DNA from: Amoebophrya sp. A120
Taxonomy: Eukaryota; Protista; Dinoflagellata
Assembly (NCBI GenBank): GCA_905178155.1
Contig: CAJINV010000015.1
Location: forward strand, 271,309 to 335,308
Length of the DNA stretch: 64,000 nucleotides
Direction: 5' to 3'
Made by a program: the position numbers and the translations under genes. The notes below the pieces were generated by a model. That model was given only the letters and a program-made list of their open reading frames with translations. It did not search any database and was not told the origin of the DNA. Positions 13,901 to 28,900 of the stretch are shown one piece after another (within the stretch, counting starts at the first letter, position 1; every line of letters starts with the position of its first letter).

Positions 13901-16900
13901 TTGTTCCGACTGCGGGAGAGGTTGCAGAAAATCGTGTTTCACACACCAGTTGTCCATATTCTTATCCACGTCCCCAACATCCACTTCCATCGGATTCGCT
14001 CCCCGCCCCTCCACACTCGCTCTGGCCACCGAACAGTAGTTGTGGAGCTTTCTCCGTGCGATTTCGGTCTGATCTAGCAGTTTCTATCAACTGTAAAAGT
14101 GTCTGGGTCTGGAAGATTGCAACTTCTCATGCTGTTTTTGGACTCTAAAAATATTTGTATTGCATGTTGACCAGCAAGAGGCGTGCAATTTGTGCTACAC
14201 GGATAGGGCATTTCTCATGCGGTAGAGGTATCACAAAGCCCTCTGAAAATCTGTGATGCTACGGCATGTATTACAGACATCACGGCTCATGGAAAATATG
14301 CATGACAAGTCTAGAAATCTTCCAGACCCAGACATTTTTGCGTTTGATAGTTTCCAGTGCGTGTCAACTAACTCTCGGTAGATCTCCACTGTGATCACGG
14401 AAAACGGGTACGCGCGCGGCACCATCATTGCCAGGAACTTCGCACGCCTTCTTTCCGCCGCAGACGCCGGACGGCCGGGGGACGCGCGGCCGTCGTAGCT
14501 GAGGATGTCCCCAGTTGGGACGGATTCCCCCTGCGCATATGAGGACTTCTTCATCTTTGCCTGCTGGTTCCCTCTCGCGCTGCGATCTGGTAAAGACGTG
14601 TTTGTGTTAGCCTGGGAAAGTCTTCGAGCCGCGTCCCGGCTGAAGGTTTGCCCCATCCCTTCGGCGGCTGCGCTTGCGACGTTTTCGAGCGTCGAGGCTG
14701 CTGTGCCACCAAAAGTCTCGTTACCATCCTCGTCCTCGTCGCCAGTGTCCATAGCTGACCTCCCGATCTTCAGCAACCGATCGTCCTGCAGCCGCACCAG
14801 AATGGGCTCAAACAGACGAAGGAGGCCTTCAAACTTCGAGAGCAGGGACTCCCGCGGGAAGTTCTTGTTCACTTGGTCAGCACCAGATAATTGTTGCACT
14901 TTTTCGGGCGGTTTGGGGAAAACGCGTTCCCAGAACTCCGTGTGGCGCTCGGACTCGGACCTTTCCTCCTTTTTGCTGAAATGCTCCAGCACGTCGGTGA
15001 CCTCGGTCTTGGTCTTGTGGTTGCGCAGGTGGTCCCAGAGGAACTTCAGCGACAAGTCGGCGGCGTCGAGCGTCGTCGACATCTTGCCGGAATTCGACTG
15101 CAGCAGCTCCGCGGCAGGTTCGCCTTGTTGCTTCGACGCACCTCCAGACATTACGCTAGCCTGGTCAACACCGGACGAGCTTCTCTTCCTTTCCTCTCCA
15201 GCAGCCGCTGCTGCACTGAGGAACCGGCTCGGCTCCGTCGGGTGCTCCTGGACGGCGAAGAGATTCAGATCGACGTGGTTCTCGGTTTTGAATTTCGCAA
15301 TCACGCGGTCCATCTTGTTGGATAACTCGTCTTTCAACTGCTTCTCCGCCTGGTGCAAAGCCTCTTCCTCCAACAAATCTTCTTGGCTTCTGTCCAAGTT
15401 TGCTGTTGTAGTACCAAAAAAGCCAGCACCTTGAGCGCCGGCCTGAGCAGCAGCAGCTGCTGCTCTGGCGCTTCTTGGTGACATGCGGCGACGCACGCCG
15501 TTTAGTGGACTACTTGCGACGCCAGAGGACTGCTGCTCCACCCCGGGTCCTCGCTTTTCGGCCTGTTGGATTTCTTTTCTCTTGGTCGCCATCTCGGCGT
15601 CTTTCTTGTTGAGCTTTTGCTGCAAAATCTTCTGCATTTCCTGGTTCACGACGCGGCTGTTGGCAATGCGCTGGTCGACCGCGAGCTGCACGAGTTCCGT
15701 GTGCGCGTTCTCGATGAACTGCGAAAACCGCGACCAGATGCTGTCCGGCAGCCCGCGGAGAATATCGTGAACCAATTGGACAAGGAAGAGGATGTTTTTC
15801 TTCATTTCGATGTCCACATTAGGTTTGTCAAGCAGCGTTAGGATAGACAACAAAGCCACCTCCAGCTTCTTTGCAATTTCGTACTTTTGAGTGAACTCAC
15901 GGTCGGCAATTATCGTTTCCACATCTCTCGACATTAGTGTCCCGCCCCGGAGGTCTTGTTCCTGGTGCTCTTCGTCGTCATTTGCCATCCCAGGCACGCC
16001 CGCATTCGAGAACGTGCTAGCCTGCCTCTGAACCCTGGCTCCTCGACCGCGCACGGGCGATTCCCCCCCAGGCCCAGCGGGCCCCGCGGCACCAGCATGA
16101 CCTTGTGAACCTGCGCCAGTCTGTGAAAGGTTCGCAAGCCGGTTCTCCGCTCGATTTTGCAGTTCGACTGCCTTCACGTTTACGTAGTAAGTTTCCAAAT
16201 CCTGTCCCAGGTGGGGCAATAATTCGAATCGTTCCTTGAAGATGTCCTTCTTTGCAGCGCCGTCTGTCGAGGACACCGCACCGTCAGTGCTGTCCGTTGC
16301 CTCTGAGGAAGAGCTTAAGAACTCTCTCGAGATCATCAAAAAGGAATTCCAAACGGCGTTCCAGTACTGGTTTCGAATCTCCAGATCCGGCTCTAGCGCC
16401 ACGGCGGAGAGCAATCGCGGCCAAATGTCGCTCCACGGGTCCTCGGGAATGACCCCACCGATGTTTCGCACGCCATCTCGACCCCTGTTCACTCTCGCAG
16501 GGTCGTGCTCCTCGCCCCAAAAGAAGATCCTGCAGTGCACCGGCCGCTTCGCTTCCTTCCAGATTTTCTCCGCGATCATCCTTCGGCGGCGCAAATTGTC
16601 GAGCGGTTTCAACTGAGAAGGCTGCAACTGGAAGAAGTTTCGCTTGTTTCGCACCATTTCCTTCAGGTTCTCCGGCCTTCGCACGTCCAACGAGCTTTTC
16701 ACCTCGGTCTGCACCGTTTTCACCGAGTCGATGAAGGTTTCCTTCATTTGTCGGAGATCAATCGCGGAGATCTTTTCGATCATGTTGTCCACCCGGTTGC
16801 CGTATGCAGTGGAAATGTGTTCTTTCCGGGTCTGGAATATATATGGAACTTGTAGTGTTGATGCTTGTCTGCCACAACTCTGCGGGTGAATCTGTGTAAT

Positions 16901-19900
16901 ACATGCTCTGTTGACTAGGAATAAAGCGCTGCTTCGGCTTCCTCCTTTCTTACGCAAAGGTGCAGTTTGTAAAATGCGAATTCATCGTCCGGGGGGCGAC
17001 AGCAACACGTTCTAGAAACTTGTCATGCTTCTTTGCTGCACTAGAAATGTTCAAGTCCATTCCGTACCTGCAGCATCACAAGTTCTTTGTTCCAGACGCA
17101 GACGAAATCCAAAATGTTCATTTGATATGGTGACGTTGTCGTAGATCTTTTTCAGCAGTTCGAATTCCCGCTTTTCCTCCCGCAGCGGCTCCAGCTCCTT
17201 ATCCCCCGGAGTAAGGCCCCGCAGCTTCTCGTCGAGCTCCCGCTTTTCCGCAGCCAAGGCATTCTTGATGTCCGTTGTACACGCTTTCCAGAAGGACCGC
17301 AGGTGCTCGAACCGCTGCCGCGCGTCGCGCTGCTCCTGCAGCTTCACGAGCTTCAGCTCCGAGCGGAGCCACATGATGTCCTCCACCTCGTAGCCGGCAA
17401 ACTCAAACTGCGTATTTTGCGCCGCTTTTGCTCCAATGCTTGTGAGCCTGTTGTCCACCAGAGTGGTGGAGGTTTCGCGGTTGTTGAAGTTGCCGTAATT
17501 TTCGTCCACGAGTTCCAACTCGTCAATCTGCTCCTTTTGTATCCTGTGTAAAAACGTCCCCACCTCAGCGCTGTCATGCAAATCTGCATGCCAAAGCCAA
17601 AAAGAAAAAAGTTTCTCATGCGGAGCCCCATGAGAAGCATCTCCTAGTCGTGTTTTGGAAATTGTGATGCTATGACCAGCATAATATGCTAGGTCTGTGA
17701 TGCTTCTGAACTACCTAAACAGGATTGCACTACGAGGACAAAGAACTTGTCATGCGAAGCAACCAAAGCTGGCTAATTTGTCTAGTAGCTTTCCCATCTT
17801 GACTCTGGTGTGGGGACGTTTTTACTCAAGATATTTTGGGCGGCATCTTCTTTTTTGATGATGTACGGATCCGGGAAGCGGTGCGCGGGGCTGCCGGGCG
17901 ACCGGTCCTTCAGCCGGTCCTTGCCGAAGTCCTTCAGAGACTCGTCGCCGCGAGCTTTGTATCAAATGCAAAAATGTCTGGGTCTGGAAACTTGTGATGC
18001 AAGAAAGGGAAGAGTGAGCTCACTGCAATGCGCTGTCCAGCATGACAAGTTTTTCCGTGGTTCAGAGTTGCGTAATCCGCATGAGAGACTGCGTTTTTGC
18101 ATGGCAGAAAGAAAGCCCTTTTCGCGGGCACGCAATACAGAGTTCAGAGTCATGCCAGACTAGCATGACAAATCTGGCAATCTTCCAGACCCAGACATTT
18201 TTTCAGTCCATACTTTGGCGCGCGGCCGCTCCATCCACACATACATGCGGTCGTCAAATTGTTTCTCCTTCTCCCCGATGTCCTGCGCCTCCGCTATGGA
18301 GCTCTCAAACGTTACATTCTCAACTGTTACATGATTTGTCATGCAAAATGCACATCAGGATCCATACGATGAAGCTACTTCGCATGACAAATTTTTGAAG
18401 GGCTAAACAGCACTAAAATCCGTGCCAAATTTGTAATGCGAGAGGCGCAAGCTCCCTTCTTTTGCTTTTCCCATTCTTGCATCACAAATTCATGTAACAG
18501 TTGAGAATGTAACGTTTGAGAACGCCATATCCGCGCGCCACCAAGCCTCGTCGCGCCGCATCTCCTCTTGCTCGCGCGCGAGGTGGGACGCATTCGCTGT
18601 ACTGGCACCACCTTCCCCGTTGCTGCCTCCGCGAGAAGATATCCTGCTGAGTAAAAACATACCCACACCAGAGTCAGGATGGGGATTTTGCAACACAAGC
18701 CTAGGAGTTTTGTGAGTCACGCATGACAAGTTGCAGTCCGTAGTGTAGTGCAGGTTCGCAAGGCCAGCTGCGTCAGAAATCCATCTGCTCATCCTGTTCA
18801 CAGCATCACAAATTCCAAAACACGACTGGAAATGGCTCTCATGGGGATGCGCATTACAAGTCTTCCTGTCTTTGCAAATCTGCATTACAACTCTGGTGTG
18901 GGTACGTTTTTACTCAGGATAGAAGACGGCTGGTCCTCTTCGCCCTCATACTCTTCGTCCTCGGCGTACAGCAGGGTGCGCTGCTTGTCGACCAACACCT
19001 CCAAAATTTGGATGGCGTTCAACCGCTATCAAAAGGAAAAGCCCCCCCTCCCCATATCAAAACGGAATTTCTGATGCTGTATTTGTGTACACAGATCAGC
19101 TTTGTATTGCAGAGAGGCACTGCGGCCAGATCCCCAGCTAGGTAGGGGCGTCTTGGTTTGGTAAGTTGCTCAGCATGGTAAACGGCTCCCCTTTAGGCCC
19201 AAGAGCATGACAAATCGCTTCCATAACAGGGCGGAACCTTCTGCCTTTGCCTTCTTGCAAGACAGATGTGATTTGTGACCTCAAATCAGCAAGACAAATT
19301 TTCGGAAACAAACATACCTTTTCAATATAGGGAGGGGGAGTTTTTCCTCTCAATAACCGCATCTGCCACATGCGCTTACGGTGAAACCGGTGCAGCGCCT
19401 TTTTCTGCATCTTGAGCAAATTCTGGAGCTCCGCGGCTTCCTTGACCGCGGCCTCCTGCTGTTTCTGCAGTGCTGCCTCCGCGTGTTGATTGCCGCTGTC
19501 CCCCTCGGCTGCTGCACCTTGTCCTGTCTGTCGCACTTCGAACGTGGTGAGCTCTTTCAACAGGTGCTGCCGCCTCTCTTTTGCTCTTTTCCAAAAGCTC
19601 AGGTTGTGCGCCTTTGCCGACGTGTTGACCTCTGCTGCGATTCTCTTTTTCTCTCTCTGGACGAGGTGGACGGCTGGTTCTACTTGCATTCTACTTCTTA
19701 GCTCGCTAATCGCTGCTTCTAGCCGCTGAGCAATTTCGGCATCCACCTGCGCCTTTGTGACAAACCCATGCGTCCGGGGCTTGGGATGCGTACTTGGAGG
19801 GCTCTGTCTTTGTTCCTGCCTGAGATTTTCGAAACTGAGAGGCTGATAAGGTTCCCTCGGCCATGTGCCATCAAGCTCTTGGCTCTGAAGAAACGCCGCC

Positions 19901-22900
19901 CAGTTCGAATCGGCTAAGTGCTTGCTCTTCGACGCCCCTCCCGGCTTGGTTTTTGCTGGCACTGCTGCTGCTCCTGCTGCAGTACTAGCACCTCCCTCGC
20001 CTCCCAGCTTCGCAATCTCTCGCAGATACTTCCGTTTTTTATCCAAGAAAAAAACATTGTAGGTGTAACTTTTTTGGAGGAACAGCAATACAAATTTGTC
20101 TGGCATGACAGCAAAAACCTGTCATGCGCAGATAGTACGTGAAAACGCCCTTTAATCGACCCTGCGACGCATGCCAAGCATGACATACGCAATCATCTTG
20201 CATGTTGCGCATCACAAATTTACACTAACAACGTTTTTTTCTTGGATATTTTTCCGCCACGGAATAGTATTTGACGTACCGACGCGCGTAGGCGTCCTTC
20301 TTATACAAATATTCTTTGATCTCCTCGTTTGTTCCTTCGGCCATAACTGGCTTGCCGCGCAGTTCCAGTTCCTTTGCGAAGTTTTCGCTCTGCATCTTGA
20401 CCGAGAAAGCTTCCCAGGCCTGTGCGTGTTGTAGCAGCTCCGCCTGGAGTGCGTGTTGGAAGGTCCCGCGAAACGTCGCCTCGCGCGTAGTTCGACTTCG
20501 ACTCATTCTACCTGGCTGCCTGCCTGCGTCGGGCTTTTGGTAGTCGTTGCTCTGTCTCCAGGCCTGCACCGAAAAATCGTTCGAGGCAAAGTGCGAGTAG
20601 GGTGTTTTCTCGTCTTTGAGCTGGAGCGGAAACTGCCCCACGTTCGCGCGCCTTCTCCCGTTCTTTCTCCCTCCTGAAGTGTTAGTGTACAGCTCCGGAT
20701 TATCGATGATGCTATTGTCAAGAAACTCCGCCAGGTGCGGGAAGTACGAATGCAGCGTGACGAAAGTGTTGCTGCCAACAGCTTGCGAAAATTTGTTTTC
20801 GTACTCCAGGCGAAACAGCTTCTTCTTTAGCAGCGCGCACTCATCCTTAATGTCTTCACGTACATGCTCCTCATCTTTTCGCACTTGCGCTACTCCATCT
20901 GCTCCCTCTTTTGGCGTTGGTCTGTACGGACGATTCCCGAACACCGAAGGCGGATACAACTCTTTATCGTGTAGATCTGGCGGACAGATTTCCGCCAGAA
21001 ATGTCTCGACCTTTTGCGACACATGGATGCGCCTTCCGATTTTTTCCCCCCGCCAGCTTCTTTCGCCAGTGTCTTCCATTTCGCCCGTGAAATCCTTGTC
21101 CATCCGCTGCTTGTTTGACAACTGCATCACGGAAAAACCGAGCTTGTCCAGCAGTAAATACGGTGCGGAATCTAAAGGCACGTCAATCTTCCGCTCGAGC
21201 TCTGCGTTTGCGCGCTTCTGTCCTCCGTGCTCAACTGCACCACCCATATTCTTAAATTCGTCGCGCAGTTCGAAGTCGGCCGGGGAGGGAACGCTCTGCG
21301 CGAAGATGGCCTGCGACGGGGTGATTGGGGCCGAGAGCCCGTGGTAGGAGATGGCACGGTACCGACCGTCGCGGCCCTCGCCTTCGTCCATGCCCGAGAA
21401 CACCTCGCCGTGAAAGGGTTTGCGGGAGGAAACACTTTGCGTCCAGTCCGTCGCGCTGTTGTAACCGCCACGGTACACGCCCGCGGAGCTGGAGACCTGG
21501 CCGCGCTTTTGGTGCAGCTGACCCGTCTATCAAATGTAAAAATGTCTGGGTCTGGAAGATTGCGAGATTTGTGATGCAGTTTTATCCAAGATCCATCAAG
21601 TCTGGAATGCAGCGGCTAGCATCACAGGATCTGCAGCCCCTTGGTGATGCCTGTTCTGCATGAGAAATGCCCTCTCAGCATGGACAGAATAAATGGGCAC
21701 CTTTTGCAAGTCACACATCACAGATTTTTGTACGATCCGCAACATGCATCACAAGTTCGCATCCTTCCAGACCCAGACATTTTTGCACTTGATACCGTCG
21801 GCGGCAGCTGGAAGAGCTCTGCTTGGCGCTCCTCCGCGAACAAAGAGCTGGACAGCGGCGACCAGTTGTCAACGTAGGCGTACTTGTCGTGGTCGGCCTT
21901 GGCTATCCCAGTTCGGCCCTGATATTTCTCCGTCTTCAGTGGCCAGGGCCCGGTCGGCCGCGGGATTTCGAATTCGTGGTGGTGCAGGAGAACTGGACTG
22001 GTGCCATCAACGTCACTAAATCGGCCCAACTTAAACTTGTTTTTCAGCTCCTCATCCGCGCTCGGGGGATTTTTTCCCGCTTTCGGTATCAAGTGTAAAA
22101 ATGTCTGGGTCTGGAAGGATGTAACTTGTGATGCGCATTTCAGAACACACAAAAATCTCTGATGCATAGGCAACAAGGCTGCTCACTTTCTGTCACCAAA
22201 ATGGGGGATTTGTCATGCGGATTCGGCATTGCGGAGGGTTCTCGAAACCTGTGATGCTAGAGCTTCCATGCCAGACCTTCTGTGTCATGCAGAAACAGCA
22301 TGACTCTTCCAGACCCAGACATTTTTACAGTTGATATTCGGGTTGTCCGGCTTATTTTCTACCAGTTTTCCCTCGTAAGCGCTCGCGTCCGGCTATCCTG
22401 AGTAAAAACGTACCCACACCAGAGTTGTAATGCAAATCTGCATGCTGAAAATGTTTCTCATGCGGAGCCCCATGAGAAGCATTTTCTAGTCGTGTTTTGC
22501 AATTTGTCATGCTCCAATCAGCATGGTATGCTAGATCTGTGATGCTGCTGAGCTAGCTCAAACAGCACTACACTACGAATCCAAATTTGTCATGCAAAAC
22601 AGCCAAAACTTGTGGATTTGTCTAGCCGATTCCCCATCTTGATTCTGGTGTGGGTACGTTTTTACTCAGGATACCGGCAGCGTCAGGTTCAGGATGATGT
22701 CCTTGTCTTTCGTGTACCGCACGGGCCCATTGCCGAAGTAGTCTACGTTGATGTGCTGAAACAAAGTGACATACCCGCCCTTCTTCGCCTCGGGTCTTTG
22801 CTGCTCTGCTCCTTCGGCAGTCGGCGCAGGAGCCGGAGATGCACCACTAGCGGCGGAGGTTCTTTCCCCGCCCGCCGCGGGTCCTCCTGTGGGAGGTGTA

Positions 22901-25900
22901 GCCGAGGAGGTGGACCTCCCACGGGGGGCACCAGCGGAACCACTACCCTCTTCTTGATTCGTCCAGGTGCTGGCGGGGGCAAGGAGGTTGCGATGGAAAA
23001 TTTCTTTCATGACGAACTGAAACGCGGCCTGGCGATTTCGCGCGGGCTTGGTGGACGGCGGGTGCAAGTGCAGGTTCGCCTTCCAGCGGTCCGTAAAACC
23101 ACGCAGGTCCAGAATCGGGGTCACTTGGTGGAGGTCCATTTCCAGTCGCAGCTTCGGCACATTTGCGTCCAAGGCTTCGCCGGTCGTAACTGAAGCAGAT
23201 ATCCTCTCCAGGTCGCTCTCCGAGAGCGAGGCCATCGTCCATTTCTGCGGAATCTTATCCTGCTCATGCTCCTATCATCTGCAAAAGTATCGCACTCCTA
23301 CTAACACTATATTAAATTGCACTCATCATGCATGACAGGTCTATCTTTCTGTAGGTCAATCACGGCTCCATTTTCTTTCTAAAATTGGGGTTGGTTCTAT
23401 GTCTTAGTGTCAGAGACGGAAGAACGGGACGCTAACAACGCTTTCAAAAAAAAATTGTGATGCGATCATCAATTCAACAGTATACTAGTACGATGCTTTT
23501 TTACAATTCATAGGTCCACGTGCTGCCGACCGTAGATCCTATCAGTTCTGCGTTGGTTGTTCCACCGGTCAAACAGGTAACTAAACTTCCCGCTCTGCTC
23601 ATCGAGGTCAGCTGGCTTTGCGAAGATTTTGTAGGTCTGGATGTCCAGCAAGTTCGATTTCAAATCGTACCCGAACGTGTCGCGCCGAACCGTCTCGAAG
23701 GTGCTTGGGGTGAGTATCATTGGTTCCGTGCCAGGTTTCAAAACCCGAGGCGTCTTCCGGTCCGCCTGATATCCGTACGTGAGGTCGACGGCGTCGTCAG
23801 CAATTTTGTCCAGGTAGGCTTCCGCCCGCTTTTCCAGGTCAGGAAGGTCTTTTTGGTTCTTCAATTGCTCTTCGAGCAGGTTCTCCACCAATTGTTCCTC
23901 CGTGAGGGCATCGCGTTTGTTTCTCAGGGTCACCATCTCGTCCGAGAAGTCTTTCTTGCGCAGGTGGACGAAGGCTTCTTTGTTTTTGTCCTTTTCCTGA
24001 TCGGCCTTCGACCACTGAAAGTCCATTTCCGCGGCAAATTCGCAGTTTTTCGTGATTATATGCGTAATTTTGTCCACGTCCCCCAACAGGACGGATGGCA
24101 GCGTGGAGAAGAACAGGGTCGCCACGTATTCCCGCATGGCCGCGTTAGAAAGCAGGGTCGCGAGGTGTTTTTCCTTGTCCTTCTTCGCTTTTTCCTTCGC
24201 GTCTGCGAGGTTCTCGGCCCGGTTGTACACGACGGCACCCGTGCGGCCGATGCGCTTCACGTCGTAGCCAGCCCAGACCTGGTGTCCGGAATGCGTTTCA
24301 AACGCCCACTTTTTCTTGGCAAGTTCCTGCATTTTCTCATCCATTTTCTTCTGAGCATTCGCTTTCTCCTCCCTGGACTTGGCGTTCTTGACAGCTAGCT
24401 TGAGCCTCTCGCGCGTGCCCTCCTCTTCGGCCGTTTCGTCCACCGCCAGCCGGTTCTCGAAGTCCAGAATCTGCTCCCGGACCATGCCTATCAAATGTAA
24501 AAGTGTCTGGGTCTGGAACTTTGCTAGACTTGTCATGCAGGTTTTCCATGACCCATATGATCTGTAATGGAGTGCCTAACATGACAGATTCCGTGAGATC
24601 ACTATCATGCTTATCCTGCATGATAGACTGACTGCCTCTCACCTTGATCTGTAGTGGACAGCATTTGGTAATCATGCAACACAGATTTTTGCATGATTCT
24701 GATTCAGCATGACAAGTTGCAACCTTCCAGACCCAGACATTTTTGCAATCCATAGTGCCCGAGGCCATGGCGTTCTCCAGGGTAATATACGCATAGGTCT
24801 TGCCGTCCCTGGGGTCGTACTTGATCTTCAGATTCGGAATCTTGGTCAACAGGTATTCCGCACTGAATTTGCCCGCCAGGTGATCCTCCTCCCACTTGAC
24901 CTTATCGACCGGCTTCGGCTCTGCGGAGCGCGTGAATATCCGGGGCACCGAGGGCAGCGAAATCCTGGGTACGGAAGGCATGGACGGCACCCACCCGCGC
25001 CAGCCGCTCTGCGGTTGTGGGTTTGCGGAAGCCGGCTGCGCCTCCACCGCGGCCGGTCTGGTTTCCCGGGTCGGGGCGGGCGCAGCAGGTGCTTGTTTTG
25101 GCTCCGGGGGGTTTTGCGCAAAATGGATGGTCTCCTCGATGATCTTCATTGCCTTCTCGACCTCGATGCGGTAAGCCCCACTTCTGCTGGTCGCGGTCGC
25201 ATCGGCATCGCCCAGCATGTTTTCGTGTTGCAAAGGAAACGCGACTTTGAGCACGTCCTCTTCGAATCGCTTCATGATCAAGTGCATCTGCTGGTAGAGC
25301 AGGGAATTCGTCACCTTCATTCGGAACTTTGGCGGCGCGTTCAGGTTCGTTTTCACATAGTTTTCCTGACCCCTCGCGGCCGCGGGTCCTCGCGAAGATG
25401 CCGCTTGGCCGTGTCTTAGGAACACTTCCTCCTCCTCCTCTTCCATTTCGACTTTCCTCCGCTTTTCTCGTGCGGCGGCCGCCGTTGCCTCGTGGTCGAT
25501 TGACCCATCGTAAACGGATCTAACTGGCGGTTCCCTAACGTTCCGTGCCGAGCCGGGAATCTCCTCCTTGTCGATGCGCGGCGCGAAGAGCATCTTCGCC
25601 ACGCCCTTGTCGCGGGAGAGTAACAGCCGCTGCACGCACTGCTGCTGCACCTCTTTCTTCAAATCGTTCAGCGACTTGCCTTCCCGCTCCCGTAGTTCGG
25701 CGAGCTTCTCCTTCTCGGTCTTTTCCGTGCGCTGTAAGTGTTTCGTCTCCACCTTAGCCTGCAGTTCGAGGATGGAGTCGAACGACTGGTCGACCACGGG
25801 ATCGAAGGTCAAAAGCGTCATCATCTTTTCCACTAACAGCTCCTTGGTGCGGATGTTTGTCAGCGCGTTCTTCGGCTTGAGAAACAGCTCGCGCTCAAAG

Positions 25901-28900
25901 TGGTTGCCCCAAAACCGGCGAAACTCGGTTTCGCCAGACACGCGGCCCGCGTCATACTCCGCCGAGGCCGTCTCCACGCCGCCCCAGCGGTGCCGCAGGT
26001 CGACGAACTGGGCCTTCACCGCGCCGTAGGCTCGTCGCATGCCCGCCCAGTTCTGAAACGAGGCTTGTTTCCGGGTGTCCCAGACCGTACTGAGCAAAGT
26101 GGTCACCCCGCCCAACAAGCGCTGAAACAGTCCCTGGGTGCCGTGCGCCAACCGGGTCACCTGCTCGGCCCAGGTCGTCGTTTTGCGCTCGTTGTAGGCG
26201 GCCTCGGACACCTTCAAATGCTCCGCCCGCTTGCGCAGCACGGGGCCGCGGGCGCGGGTCATCTTCCACCACCGCCAGGTGTCCGCCACCGGGAGCCCCA
26301 GGTCGAAGCTGTCCTTATTCTTGTTAAAGCTCATTTGCCAGTCCTTCACATGCGCGGAGTCGAAGGTGTGTGCGAACTGGCCGTGCTTGGCCACCATTTT
26401 TTGGAAGCTGTGCCGCATGGCCTCTTCCGAAAAGGGGCCCCAGTTTTGCCGCATATCCTGCGTGAAGTCGTTGCGGGTATTATGAAAATGAAAAATGCCC
26501 CCACCCTAGAGCTTGGCTGCATTTGTATTGCAAACCTTTCCAATCGAAACATTCCCCGTCATGCATATATCAGCATCACAAAATAATTTCCATGCTGAAT
26601 AGCTCAAATTTGTATTGCCAAGAGCCCAGAACAAGCCAGGTCTCTTATGCAAAAGATACCTTGCGAGTCTAGATTCTGCATCAGAAACACTCGTAGTCCG
26701 TTCATGCAAGACAGAAAGTTTTCATTTGGAAACTTTGCATCAGAAACTTTTACAAATTCTGGGGTCGGGGCATTTTTCATTGTAATAGGTATCCTCCTTC
26801 ACGACCGCGGACATCGACCGCCCACCGAACATATCAAATGTAAAAATGTCTGGGTCTGGAAACTTGTAATGCTAAAAATGGATGATAGACGCACTGCAAT
26901 ACGCAGCTATGCATGACAAATTTTTGGGCTGCCATGTCTTACGTATTCCGCATGGCAAACTGCGTCTTTGCATGACAGGTAAGAAGGCTTTTTCGTGCCT
27001 ATGCATCACAGATTTCCGAGTCATGCCAGACAAGCATGACAAACTTGCATTCTTCCAGACCCAGACATTTTTACATTTCATAGAACACCTCGTAGGCGCC
27101 GCCGCCGTCCGTGCCGTGGCCCATGCGCAGGGTCATGTACTTGCTGTACCGCAGCCACCGCCACATGATCAACACCTGCTTCTTTGCGGAGGAAACCGAC
27201 CCACTATGCAAAAAGTTGAAATCGCCCTCCCGGTCAAATTGGTCCAAAAATTGTTCCTGGGAATCCCGTATCCTGTGCAAAAGTATCGTACTCGTTTCGT
27301 AGTAATTGCAGTTATGCATGACAAATATCTTTCCTATAGGTAAAACAGCATATACAAATTTCATTTGTAGTGCTGAGCTAATTTGTATATATGCAATTTA
27401 TACTAGAACGATGCTCTTGCATTTCATATCCCGCTTGCTTCTAGCCGCCGCGTTCTCCCGGGCGATTTGGGCCTCCTGCTGTCCCGGATTTGGTGTCGCA
27501 CTACCAGTCGCCGCAGCTTCTCCACCGGCACCGGAAGTAGATTGTGAGGACTGCCCGGGCGGTGATGCGACCGCCGGCGCACCACCCGTCTGAAGCTGCT
27601 CTCCTCCTACTTCCATGTCCGTATCATCCCATAGAAGTTCGTCAGCAAGTGTGGACTCGCGCACGATCCCTGCCGACCGCGCGTACGTTTTCTGTAACGC
27701 CTGCGTGCGGTCGGTGTTTTTGGCGATTGCGTTGCTTTGGACAACCGCACCGGTTTTCAACTGTTGATTCTCCAGGCGCAGCTCCGCCAGGTCAACTTTG
27801 TGGCTTTGCACGAGCTTCTCGCCACGCTTCGATTCCAACTCCCGGTCCCACTGCATCGCCTTGTTCGAAATCAGTTTCAACTCCGCAGCCTCGAAGGTGC
27901 GGTGGTCCGGGCCTCCGGTGAGCGACTCGTCCGCCAGGGCCTCGCTCGGGTCGTCCTCCCCCGTGGTCAGCGTGTCCCGGCTGTATTCCATGAACACCGG
28001 TTTCGGCGAGTAGTTGGCGGGCCGCCCCGTGACAATGTATTTGAGAACCTCCAAAGTCTCGAAGTCGAAGGCGAAATGCTCAAATTGTTGCTCCAGCACG
28101 TTCTCGCCCAGGTCGAGCTGCGGGCTCTTCTTGGTGAACACGTTGTCTTCCGAGCTGGTTCCGGGCTTCAGGTCCAGCTGTAAATTCGGCACTAAATTGT
28201 CCGCGCGGATGGCGCCGTTGTGATCCAGGATCCCGGTTTTTTGACGGGCCATTTCCTTCGCCTTCGCGTCCTTATTTCCGTCGAGGCCCCGATCCGCCGT
28301 GGGGTACATCAGGTGGAATCCCTGCCGGTAGAGTCCGGAATGTTTCCCATCGATCACCCGCACCGGGGGCGCAACCTTCGGGTTGCTGGGGTCGCTCCAG
28401 ACGGGCACGTCCTTGTGGACTGCGTCCGTCACGTAGTCCGCAATCGTTTTCACGTCGGCTTGCTGGTCCACCGTCGCTTGGAACAGGGCCTCCAGCTGTT
28501 TCTGATTCGCCTCGTTGGTCTATCATGCGTAAAAACAGCCACACCCCAGACCAGAGTTGTAGTGCAAATCTGCATGCTGAAAATTTTTCTCATGCGGAGA
28601 CCCATGAGAAGCAGTTTCCATTGGCGTTGTGCGATCTCTGATGCTCGCATACGCATGGCATGCTAGATCTGTGATGCTGACTCACTAGCTAAACGCGACT
28701 GGTACATTGCGAGCCAAAATTTGTCATGCGCAACAGCCAAAGCAGGCTGATTTGTGTAGCAGATTCGCCACCTTGACTCTGGTGTGGGGACGTTTTTGCT
28801 CACCATATGGTCATGCCCCCACCGTTGTCGGTATCGCTGTAGTCCGGGTTGTTGTTGATGAAGCTCGCGGTGCCCTTCCCGGACAGGTAGCCCTTCGTTT

